64,000 nt of DNA from Candidatus Kerfeldbacteria bacterium (GTDB taxonomy: Bacteria > Patescibacteriota > Patescibacteriia > UBA10025 > JAHIVO01). The DNA lies in the NCBI GenBank assembly GCA_016214565.1, contig JACROE010000002.1, positions 984,007 to 1,048,006 of the forward strand, written 5' to 3'. The notes under the pieces were generated by a model that saw only the letters and a list, made by a program, of their open reading frames with translations, made no database searches and was not told the DNA's origin. How positions within the stretch are numbered: the first letter of the stretch is position 1; each line of letters starts with the position of its first letter. The position numbers were made by a program, and so were the translations under genes. Positions 56,249 through 64,000 of the stretch are shown piece after piece.

Positions 56249-57943
56249 TTATTTAGCTATGTGGACTGATTTACCGGGTTGCAATTTGTGAGGATTGTGA
56301 CTTTTTGTTTGTGTGGGCATACTCGCAGAGCTCTGAATAGGTTTGATTACTGGCCGCGATGGAGAAGGGCGGACAATCTTGGGCTCAACCGTGAGCCGCG
56401 GTTTACCTGAAAATGGCGCTGGTTTACGTGCTAATGCCTGGCTTAATGAAATGGTTGTAGTGGCTGGCTCGATCTCTACGTCAGTCAAAGATTTAAAGTC
56501 AACAGCTGGTTTTGCCTGGACAGCAGGCTTCGGAACAAATGGTTTATTCACTCTCGGGGTCATGCGTTGTTCTGAAGGCACAATCTGATGTTTGCGCTTA
56601 TAAGAACCTTCATCACCTGCAATTGCGCGATTATCAGCGTCAGCCGATGCACGATACATATCCTGAACCCCACTCCAGCGCAATATTCGATCCTCCACAT
56701 CCGCTCGTGCCTGGCTATACCGCTCCCGAGATACTCTAATAACTTTATCCCTATTATTCGTTTGCCCTTCCACTGGAGGTAGGGTCGTAGCAGAAAAAGG
56801 AGCTGAAGCGACACCATCAATCATTAGTTTTAAGTACACATCATATTTTGTCAGATTTACCAAATCCTCTTCAATAAAGGTTGGGAAAAACTCCTTTGCA
56901 AGAAATTCGGAATCGGCTGCTCCTACGCGAAAGCACATGATGGTTCCCACGTTGCCAAATACTGCTGCTCTCACCTCTTCGTCAAGTTGTTCAATGTACT
57001 GATGAGCAATAATTAAGTTAAGACGATATTTACGAGCTTCGGACAAAATACTGGCAAAACTTTCTGTAGCAAAGTTCTGAAACTCATCAACATACAAATA
57101 AAAGTCATTACGCTCTTTTTCGGGGATATCTACTCGGCTCATAGCTGCCAACTGCAAACGTGTAATCATCATTGCCCCGAGCAAAGCCGAATTATCTTCA
57201 CCGATTCTACCTTTAGAAAGGTTAAGAAGCAGAATTTTATTTTGGTCCATCAGCTCACGCAAATTAATTGTACTTTTTGATTGACCAACGATATTTCGAA
57301 TAACTGAGCTAGACAGAAACTGTCCAACTTTATTTTGAATAGGGGCAATAGCTTCATTTCGAAAACGATCATTATATGAGGCGTACTCATCGATCCAAAA
57401 ACTTTTGACAATCGGATCGGTGATGCGGTCAACTACTTTCTTTCTATAGTTTTTATCAACCAAAATGCGCGCTATACCAAGCATAGTTGATCCAGGATAC
57501 TCTAGAAGCGCAAGAATACAATTATTTAATATGTATTCCATTCGAGCGCTCCAGACCCCCTCCCATATTTTCGTAAATACACCCATCAAACCAGAGGCTA
57601 CCAAATGACGCTGATCTGGATTGACACTTTCGAGCACATTAAAGCCTATCGGAAACTCCAGGTCGGCCGGATCAAAATACACTACATCATTAATCCGATA
57701 CGAAGGAATAAAATCAAGCACTTTTTCTATCAAGTCACCGTGAGGATCAACGAGTGCTAAGCCCTTCCCCGACCGAATATCCGATATGACCATGTTTTCA
57801 ATCACGGTGGTCTTGCCCATGCCAGTTTTCCCAATCAAATACATATGACGACGCCGATCGTCAGTCTTGATGCCAAACGTTCGATTGAGGTTACGAAAGT
57901 TTGTTTTGGCAAAAAATGTTATTTCGTTTTGGTCAGCAGGCAT
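56249..57943 (-). CDS. VirD4/TrwB/HerA-like P-loop ATPase
   Basis: RRRHMYLIGKTGMGKT, DPHGD, LYVDEFQNF, LSEARKY, AHQY; Pro-rich tail. Confidence 0.88.
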   Translation of the reverse strand: MPADQNEITFFAKTNFRNLNRTFGIKTDDRRRHMYLIGKTGMGKTTVIENMVISDIRSGKGLALVDPHGDLIEKVLDFIPSYRINDVVYFDPADLEFPIGFNVLESVNPDQRHLVASGLMGVFTKIWEGVWSARMEYILNNCILALLEYPGSTMLGIARILVDKNYRKKVVDRITDPIVKSFWIDEYASYNDRFRNEAIAPIQNKVGQFLSSSVIRNIVGQSKSTINLRELMDQNKILLLNLSKGRIGEDNSALLGAMMITRLQLAAMSRVDIPEKERNDFYLYVDEFQNFATESFASILSEARKYRLNLIIAHQYIEQLDEEVRAAVFGNVGTIMCFRVGAADSEFLAKEFFPTFIEEDLVNLTKYDVYLKLMIDGVASAPFSATTLPPVEGQTNNRDKVIRVSRERYSQARADVEDRILRWSGVQDMYRASADADNRAIAGDEGSYKRKHQIVPSEQRMTPRVNKPFVPKPAVQAKPAVDFKSLTDVEIEPATTTISLSQALARKPAPFSGKPRLTVEPKIVRPSPSRPVIKPIQSSASMPTQTKSHNPHKLQPGKSVHIAK

Positions 57944-57946
57944 ACA

Positions 57947-59344
57947 TTATGCAGGTAAGTTAGAGGGTGGTGGGGCCTTTTCTTCGACTGCCATACTAGG
58001 TCGAGCAGACTGCGTAGATACAAGTGATTCAACAGGGAGAGAAATAGGCGGCTGTCCTTTCTTAGCGTCAACATGCTGCACGGCGGATACTTTCACATCC
58101 TTAACCGGGAAGTGCCAAAGACTTGCCAACTCCTCTGTGTTTAACATATATCCATGGTATCCACGTTCAATGCTACGCTTTCGATACGCCCTTAATACAC
58201 GCCGCTTACGGCCGATCTCACGCCACTTAAAGTAATCAACGCTTGTTTTAGTCTTTTTTTGAACGTCAAATCCGTTCAAATTTTGAGTATTAAATTGAAA
58301 GATTGCGCCATGAATCGCATTTACTCCTTTATCCTTATTCAGCTTACCCTTCGGCGCTCCATAAATCATGCGCAGTTTACTGCGAAATCCAAGCTTTGAA
58401 ATTTTAAATCCAATCGCTGACACGATCTCCTGCTCTTCAGGTGATAAGTGCTGCATCAAAGATGGAGGATCATGAGAATCCTTTTTACCCGCCTCGCCCA
58501 TTTCTGTGGTAGGCAAAAAAGAAGCTGTAAACGACTCGGTAAGTCCTTTACCTACCTCACGAGGAAAATACATTAAATCCACACCATGCTTTTCGGATTT
58601 GCGGCCAATCAATTTATTTATTTCATGCAAACCTTTTTCTCGCCAGTGATTCCCCTCTGGCTCAATCAATAACTGTAGCCACATGTGTTCACCTGGACCC
58701 ATCCGACTTAATATTTCCATCAGTGAAGCTAGTGGATCAAGTAAACGCTGAGATAGTGAATGCTCAAACATGGGGTAGGTACGGATCGGATAGCAGTCCT
58801 TATTTGTCATTTTGTACTCAGTCCCCCAAATATCCCACTCTGAATTTTCTAATTCCATAGGTTTAGGCAGCATGTCTACATAGTCTTCTACTTCAGTTAT
58901 TTCTGCGTCAGGGTACTGAGCATACATCGCTGCTTCTATCAAATCGCGGAATTTACTAGGGGTGTAGATGAGAAACTGAATGTATCCTTCAATACTAACT
59001 ATTTCTAAACTAAGTGAGTACTGCTGGTATCCTTCAATATATCGCTCAACCATGTTGCCCCGCTTTTTTATGGCATATAAATGGGCAAATATTTGTTCAA
59101 CGGCTTTAGGGCTTAACTCATTCATTTGTGGAATATCTATTGCCAAAAGAGAATAATCAAGCTCTTCCTCAAATTTAATACGGACATGCTCAAGTCGCCA
59201 TACCCAGAGCCCCCAAAGCAGTAAACAAATAAATACAATCCAGCCACCGTTCGCAAATATTAAAAACATTGCGCTGAAAGGGTTATCAGCGCTCGGTAAA
59301 CCATTGACGATTGCAGTTGGATCAAATACAAGGAACTGAAACAT
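57947..59344 (-). CDS. Membrane-anchored partner of the VirD4-like ATPase
   Basis: N-terminal TM, SLEIVS, AQYPDAEITEVEDY, LNTEELASLWHFP; 3 bp from the ATPase gene. Confidence 0.75.
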   Translation of the reverse strand: MFQFLVFDPTAIVNGLPSADNPFSAMFLIFANGGWIVFICLLLWGLWVWRLEHVRIKFEEELDYSLLAIDIPQMNELSPKAVEQIFAHLYAIKKRGNMVERYIEGYQQYSLSLEIVSIEGYIQFLIYTPSKFRDLIEAAMYAQYPDAEITEVEDYVDMLPKPMELENSEWDIWGTEYKMTNKDCYPIRTYPMFEHSLSQRLLDPLASLMEILSRMGPGEHMWLQLLIEPEGNHWREKGLHEINKLIGRKSEKHGVDLMYFPREVGKGLTESFTASFLPTTEMGEAGKKDSHDPPSLMQHLSPEEQEIVSAIGFKISKLGFRSKLRMIYGAPKGKLNKDKGVNAIHGAIFQFNTQNLNGFDVQKKTKTSVDYFKWREIGRKRRVLRAYRKRSIERGYHGYMLNTEELASLWHFPVKDVKVSAVQHVDAKKGQPPISLPVESLVSTQSARPSMAVEEKAPPPSNLPA

Positions 59345-59367
59345 ACGAGGTTGGAATGGATGATGGC

Positions 59368-60486
59368 CTATGCAGCAACGGGTGAATAGGTTCCATCGGG
59401 TAGTTTAGTAAATTTTGACTTATCGGTCAGCGCTAGGTGTATGGTGTTCTTTTTTACCATACGCTGTTTTAAAACAAGCTGAACTAGCTCATCTCGACTC
59501 AAAGGCCGACCGGCATCACGAAGAATTTCTTGCAAAACCGCTGCAACCACACCAGGCTTATACCCCCATTCCTTTAACGCGTAGATACCCCGCCCAACCA
59601 GCACATAGTGATCATTGAGAATAAGCTCATTATGTACTGTTGGTGGGTAAGCACGACGATTGTCAAATTTCGTATCATTAATTACTTTAGTAATTTCCGT
59701 AAAATGCATCGGCTTACCGGCTTTTTTTAGTACGAGATATATTTTGTCGTTCATGCGTTTTGGAACAATGCTGCCCCAGTCGCTTATGCCGTATTCATCA
59801 AAAGGATTTTTCGAAATTCTTTGACCAACTTGAACATATGCGATAATTGCCTCATCAGTTAGTTGTCCCTGATTTTGATTATACACAGTCGACTTTTTTA
59901 TTTCTGCTAAAAGCTCAGTAGCTGAAAGTGGTTTACCAATGCGTGTAATAATTGAAAGCGATTCATTAATTATGTCTCGCAATAAATGCATCGGTGCATG
60001 CACTGTTCGCCATGATTGACGAAATTCTGCCGATTCTTTGATCAGTTTAAAAGTTTCGTCAAGCAATTCAGATATAATAAAGAGTAAATTATTACGATGA
60101 ACATCGGTCTCCCCAACCACTTGAAGTAATTGCTGCAGCAATAAATTTTCTGGCATTATTCCGCCATGTTGGTCAAGCACTGAACTTACGGCGCTGCGTA
60201 TGTGAGTTATAATTCCAGCAAACTCTTTCGACTTTCTAATTTTAGTAATGGCGGTGTTTTCAATTTGCCGCACACGTTCGCGAGTTACTTTGTATGTAGC
60301 GCCAATCTCCTCTAGTGTTTCATGGGGTTTACCACTTAAACCATATCGACGTCTAAGAACGTCGTCTTCTCGAGGAGTAAGCGACTTAAATAACTGTGAT
60401 ACGACATCGGTGGGGTTAAATTGTTCGATGTCGGTTGATTGTTTACTGGAAATGACCCGATCAAGGATAGAGTGTTGATCGTCCAT
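59368..60486 (-). CDS. Sigma-70 region-4 HTH plus tandem winged-HTH (HARE-HTH-like) protein
   Basis: LTPREDDVLRRRYGL...TLEEIG...VTRERVRQIE; C-terminal GKPMHFTEI...FVLVGRG-like YVLVGRGIYAL. Confidence 0.8.
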   Translation of the reverse strand: MDDQHSILDRVISSKQSTDIEQFNPTDVVSQLFKSLTPREDDVLRRRYGLSGKPHETLEEIGATYKVTRERVRQIENTAITKIRKSKEFAGIITHIRSAVSSVLDQHGGIMPENLLLQQLLQVVGETDVHRNNLLFIISELLDETFKLIKESAEFRQSWRTVHAPMHLLRDIINESLSIITRIGKPLSATELLAEIKKSTVYNQNQGQLTDEAIIAYVQVGQRISKNPFDEYGISDWGSIVPKRMNDKIYLVLKKAGKPMHFTEITKVINDTKFDNRRAYPPTVHNELILNDHYVLVGRGIYALKEWGYKPGVVAAVLQEILRDAGRPLSRDELVQLVLKQRMVKKNTIHLALTDKSKFTKLPDGTYSPVAA

Positions 60487-60526
60487 AATAGCGGAAAGTT
60501 AATGACCAAAATACTAATACACCTAT

Positions 60527-60555
60527 AATATAGCATACTTTTAAAGATGTGTCAA
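60527..60555 (-). promoter_or_regulatory. Promoter of the HTH-ATPase-OLD gene run
   Basis: TTGACA-N17-TATATT with TG extension. Confidence 0.7.
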
Positions 60556-60641
60556 GATTTTCCTGCTATTTCACCAGAATATCAATTTCAATGTCAATAC
60601 AAAAAGAGAGTCTCAATCAAAGACGCTAGGTAAGGTATAGT

Positions 60642-61538
60642 TTATGATCGGCGACGGAATTTGTACCAATCTACGAGAAATGGACTGCCAATAAATATTG
60701 ACGAATAAGTACCAACAATGATACCGAGAATTAAAGCTAGTATAAAGAAACGAATTGAATCTCCACCAAAAAAATATAAGGCAACAAGTACCAATAATGT
60801 GGTTAATGACGTATTCAGTGAACGGACGAGTGTTTGATTAACACTTAAATTTACAATTTCAGCAAATGGTCTATGACCATGGGTTTTTAAGTTTTCTCTC
60901 GTCCTATCATACACGACTATTGAATCGTGAACCGAAAAGCCCAATACGGTTAGTACGGCTGTGATAAACAAAATATCAATTTCAACATTGAAAAATTTCC
61001 CCAGAAATGCAAATAACCCCAGCACAATAATTACGTCATGAAAAAGTGCAATTAAAACTCCAAATCCGTACATCCATGAACTTACCATTTTATTTCCTGA
61101 CTTTCGAAAAGCAAAAGTAATGTACAAAAGTATAAAGGAAAGTACAAGAATTATAGCCATTCCTGCTTTATCACGAAGCTCCTTGCCAATCGTCGGTCCA
61201 ATCGATTCAAAAGATTGAGCAGTTGTACCGGAAAATTTTTCACTCAAAGAATCGAGTACCCGCTGATATTCCTCCTGACTTAATTCTTTCATGCGTATAC
61301 TTGCATCATGAGTAGCCAGCGGTTGAACTTGGATACCACCTAGTCCGAGCGGTGCCAATTGGTCTAAAATTTCTTGGGGCTGTGGACGCACGTCAGAAAA
61401 GCTCACCCGAATAAGGCTTCCACCGGTAAAATCAATACCCAGCTTAAGCCCTCCAATCGCAATCATAACGATGCTTGAAACAATAAGAACAGCGGAGACA
61501 CCGTACCACCAAATTCTTTTACCAATTATGTTATACAT
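60642..61538 (-). CDS. secF: Protein translocase subunit SecF
   Basis: LGIDFTGG, IGPTIG.EL, GFSVHDSIVVYDRTRE, GTYSS. Confidence 0.96.
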   Translation of the reverse strand: MYNIIGKRIWWYGVSAVLIVSSIVMIAIGGLKLGIDFTGGSLIRVSFSDVRPQPQEILDQLAPLGLGGIQVQPLATHDASIRMKELSQEEYQRVLDSLSEKFSGTTAQSFESIGPTIGKELRDKAGMAIILVLSFILLYITFAFRKSGNKMVSSWMYGFGVLIALFHDVIIVLGLFAFLGKFFNVEIDILFITAVLTVLGFSVHDSIVVYDRTRENLKTHGHRPFAEIVNLSVNQTLVRSLNTSLTTLLVLVALYFFGGDSIRFFILALILGIIVGTYSSIFIGSPFLVDWYKFRRRS

Positions 61539-61551
61539 ACATTAATTGGGG

Positions 61552-63204
61552 CTAATTATGTTTGATATTAATAAATAACTTTGGATGACGCTCAAACCAC
61601 GGCCCACTGATAACACGCAAAAAAGTATGGCTTACAGTAATAGCCGAAAACATACTAATCAGAACTCCCAAGCCTAATGTAATAGCAAAACCCTGCACCA
61701 CGCTAGTCCCAAACCAACCCAATATCGCACAAGTGATCAATGTTGATATATTCGAATCTCGAATTGATGGCCAAGCACGTGCGAAACCTGCCTCAAGAGC
61801 TCCAAACAATCCGCGGCTATTACGAAGCTCCTCACGACTCCGTTCAAAAATAAGCACATTTGCGTCTACGGCCATACCTACCGACAAAATAAAACCAGCC
61901 ACACCCGCTAAAGTTAATGTAATGGGTATTAATTTAAATAACGCTAAGGTTATGAGGGCATAAATTACTAAGGCAATAGAGGCGATTAGGCCAGGTAATC
62001 TATAGTAAGCAATCATGAAAACCACAACTAATAAAATACCTGCGATTCCGGCAAAGAAACTTTTTTCTACGGACTGAGTACCAAGCGTAGCTCCAACTTG
62101 TGACTGAGAAACAAGTGCAATGGGAACCGGCAACGCGCCAGCATTAAGCCGCTGAGCAAGTAAACGCGAATCTTCAAGGGTAAAGTCGCCCGTTATTACG
62201 GCGCTACCACCTGATATCGCCTGATTGACTCGGGGTAATGAAATCGGCGATCCATCAAGAAAAATTCCAACAATTTGGTTAACATTTCGCGCTGTAATGT
62301 CCTCAAAAAGTTTAGCACCCTCGCTATCAAACTCTAAGCTCACTTGGGGTTGATTAGTGGTTTGATCAAAAGTAACGATCGCACGATCTAAGTTCTTTCC
62401 TGATAACTCTGTATTTGCCCACTCAACGCTCCCCTCAACAGATTGTTTAGCGAATAAAATGTGGCTAGCACGAGCCTCATCATTGCGCGCATCAGTTTTC
62501 TTAATAATATGATAACCGAATTCAGATTCTACAATGTCCGGGTATACTTGACCGACCTCTAGTTTATCGAAAACAACGTCAGCAAATTCAGCGACCATAA
62601 CCTCTCGTGTAAAAAAATCTAGGTCGCCGCCACGTTTTTCGCCCGTTTCCTGGTCCGTGTTTCCCGGATCCTGAGAATATTGGTTTGCTAATGCAGCAAA
62701 ATCAGCATCGGGCTTAAGCGCATCAGCAAGCACGGATTTCGCCTGTTCAAAAGCGGCGGCATTGGACGCTTCGGCTTGCGCCTTCTCTTCAGATGTTAAT
62801 TCTTTTGTCTTTTGTTCACGAAACTCGAGTAATGGCGTTTCACCAATAGTGTCAATCGCTTGCTGAACATCGTGTATACCGGCTAACTCAACAATCACTC
62901 GCCACTGATCGCCGGATTGATTAGTCTGTACCACTGGCTCAGAAACACCGAGCGCGTTTACCCGGCGTTCAACGACATCACGAACACCATCAAGTGCTGA
63001 CACCTGCTCGGTCGTAGCAATTGCTGAGGTATCTGCATTATAAACCAATTGCGTTCCACCCTGGAGATCAAGGCCCAGATGAACTTTTACCTCTCGAAAA
63101 TAGTTGCCGATAGAAATATCAGGTCCATTCGGATAGCTCGCCAAGCCAGCCAATATAGAAATCGCAATAATACTGATAAAACTTAGCCAAATTCGTTTAC
63201 GCAT
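61552..63204 (-). CDS. secD: Protein translocase subunit SecD with an inserted parvulin PPIase domain
   Basis: LGLDLQGG, RVNALGVSEP, GALP, GMAVDANVLIFER; parvulin motifs within the periplasmic domain. Confidence 0.95.
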   Translation of the reverse strand: MRKRIWLSFISIIAISILAGLASYPNGPDISIGNYFREVKVHLGLDLQGGTQLVYNADTSAIATTEQVSALDGVRDVVERRVNALGVSEPVVQTNQSGDQWRVIVELAGIHDVQQAIDTIGETPLLEFREQKTKELTSEEKAQAEASNAAAFEQAKSVLADALKPDADFAALANQYSQDPGNTDQETGEKRGGDLDFFTREVMVAEFADVVFDKLEVGQVYPDIVESEFGYHIIKKTDARNDEARASHILFAKQSVEGSVEWANTELSGKNLDRAIVTFDQTTNQPQVSLEFDSEGAKLFEDITARNVNQIVGIFLDGSPISLPRVNQAISGGSAVITGDFTLEDSRLLAQRLNAGALPVPIALVSQSQVGATLGTQSVEKSFFAGIAGILLVVVFMIAYYRLPGLIASIALVIYALITLALFKLIPITLTLAGVAGFILSVGMAVDANVLIFERSREELRNSRGLFGALEAGFARAWPSIRDSNISTLITCAILGWFGTSVVQGFAITLGLGVLISMFSAITVSHTFLRVISGPWFERHPKLFINIKHN

Positions 63205-63257
63205 AGAAATCTGTGTATCTCACTAATCAGCTACTCGTCTCATGAGTAGACTAACAG

Positions 63258-63286
63258 ATTTTAGCAGAATACTAATTTCGGTGCAA
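63258..63286 (-). promoter_or_regulatory. secDF promoter
   Basis: TTGCAC-N17-TAAAAT with TG extension. Confidence 0.55.
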
Positions 63287-63316
63287 CAAATCCGCATGCC
63301 CTGATGAACATACGGA
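63285..63316 (-). terminator. Probable terminator of the L,D-transpeptidase gene
   Basis: TCCGTATG-loop-CATGCGGA-TTTGTT on - strand. Confidence 0.5.
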
Positions 63317-63338
63317 CCGAAACAAATGGTCAAGTAGA

Positions 63339-64000
63339 TTATTGCTTAATTATAACGGTGTCCCCTATCTGCATCCAGTCATAGAGCCACACGGCATCCT
63401 TATAAGCAATATTAACGCAGCCGTGACTCATTGGTTTGCCAAAATTATTGTGCCAGTAGGCACCATGCAGCAACCGCGGTCCATCAAATCTTAGATTGTA
63501 CAAGGTGTTGGGCAAATAATAATCAGGTCCAGAATACAAATGTGAATAAATTTTTTCAGATATTTGGAATGTTCCTGGCCGTGTTGGAGTTTTTGGTAAA
63601 CCTGTGGAAACAAGGAAGCTCTTTACCATACGCCCGTTCTCAAAGGCTTCCAGCCGTTGATCGGATAAATCTACCTGAACATAACGAGCGTGGCTTAAAG
63701 CGCTTTCAGCCCGCCACGTCGAGGGGCCAGTTACCACTTCATCTTTACCATCTCCATCCAAATCTCCTGTCGCAATATTTACACCGCCTCTAAAATCTTT
63801 CCCGTAGGAAAAGAAATTTAGTCCAGTTAAAGTTCCATGTCCAGAGTAGCCGAGTACTTGTGGCCCACCGCCTTTACCAGCAGCTACGATAACTTCGTCA
63901 AACCCGTCACCGTTCATGTCGGCGCCAGCCATTCGAATGCCACCATGAAAATTATCGGGAAACGTTTTATAGGTCGAGAGCTGAGTATTGATACCATTTC
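63339..64000 (-). CDS. L,D-transpeptidase (YkuD) with FG-GAP-like repeats (5' truncated by window edge)
   Basis: VDLSDQRL, VSTG..TPT, LHGAYWH...SHGCVN; GGGPQV...FRGGVNIATGDLDGDG; frame open to the window end. Confidence 0.9.
   Translation of the reverse strand, partial: NGINTQLSTYKTFPDNFHGGIRMAGADMNGDGFDEVIVAAGKGGGPQVLGYSGHGTLTGLNFFSYGKDFRGGVNIATGDLDGDGKDEVVTGPSTWRAESALSHARYVQVDLSDQRLEAFENGRMVKSFLVSTGLPKTPTRPGTFQISEKIYSHLYSGPDYYLPNTLYNLRFDGPRLLHGAYWHNNFGKPMSHGCVNIAYKDAVWLYDWMQIGDTVIIKQ

Noticed and set aside
56249-59344. Conjugative element or ICE
   Set aside because: No relaxase, mating-pair genes or att boundaries; the genes are embedded among core genes.
63301-63322. Hammerhead-like core CTGATGA...GAAA
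   Set aside because: The intervening ACATACGGACC cannot form stem II and no stem I/III is evident; the sequence is better explained as a - strand terminator hairpin.

Overview
A 64 kb chromosomal segment of a small-genome bacterium. The gene content points to Patescibacteria/CPR (inference): RpoA without alpha-CTD, short AlaS and ProS, DUF4012, a Gmad2-Ig protein, a sigma-region-4/HARE-HTH protein and a stand-alone VirD4-like ATPase. Genes are on + from 1 to 6 kb and almost entirely on - thereafter. A variable zone at about 7.5-16.5 kb centres on a single Xer-type tyrosine recombinase with a near-palindromic 11-6-11 dif-like site (14390-14417) between its promoter and its start codon. The recombinase gene overlaps an AT-rich HEPN (RxxxxH) gene, followed by small accessory genes separated by REP-like palindromes and heptad repeats. 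The rest is housekeeping: gltX, serS, lysS, proS, alaS, mnmA, greA, frr, holB, alr/ddl/ftsQ-like, mreBCD-mrdA, a second mreB, a glycan locus, the infA-rpmJ-rpsMKD-rpoA-rplQ-rplM-rpsI operon and secDF. The strongest leads are the single-Xer/dif module with coupled HEPN cargo, a circularly permuted parvulin inserted in SecD, an AT-hook-like tail in place of alpha-CTD, an attenuator-like infA leader, a tandem-hairpin translational switch, and a regulator/VirD4-ATPase/phosphatase/OLD-nuclease operon. No tRNA, rRNA or CRISPR array was seen. All family calls are by motif recognition only; no searches were run.
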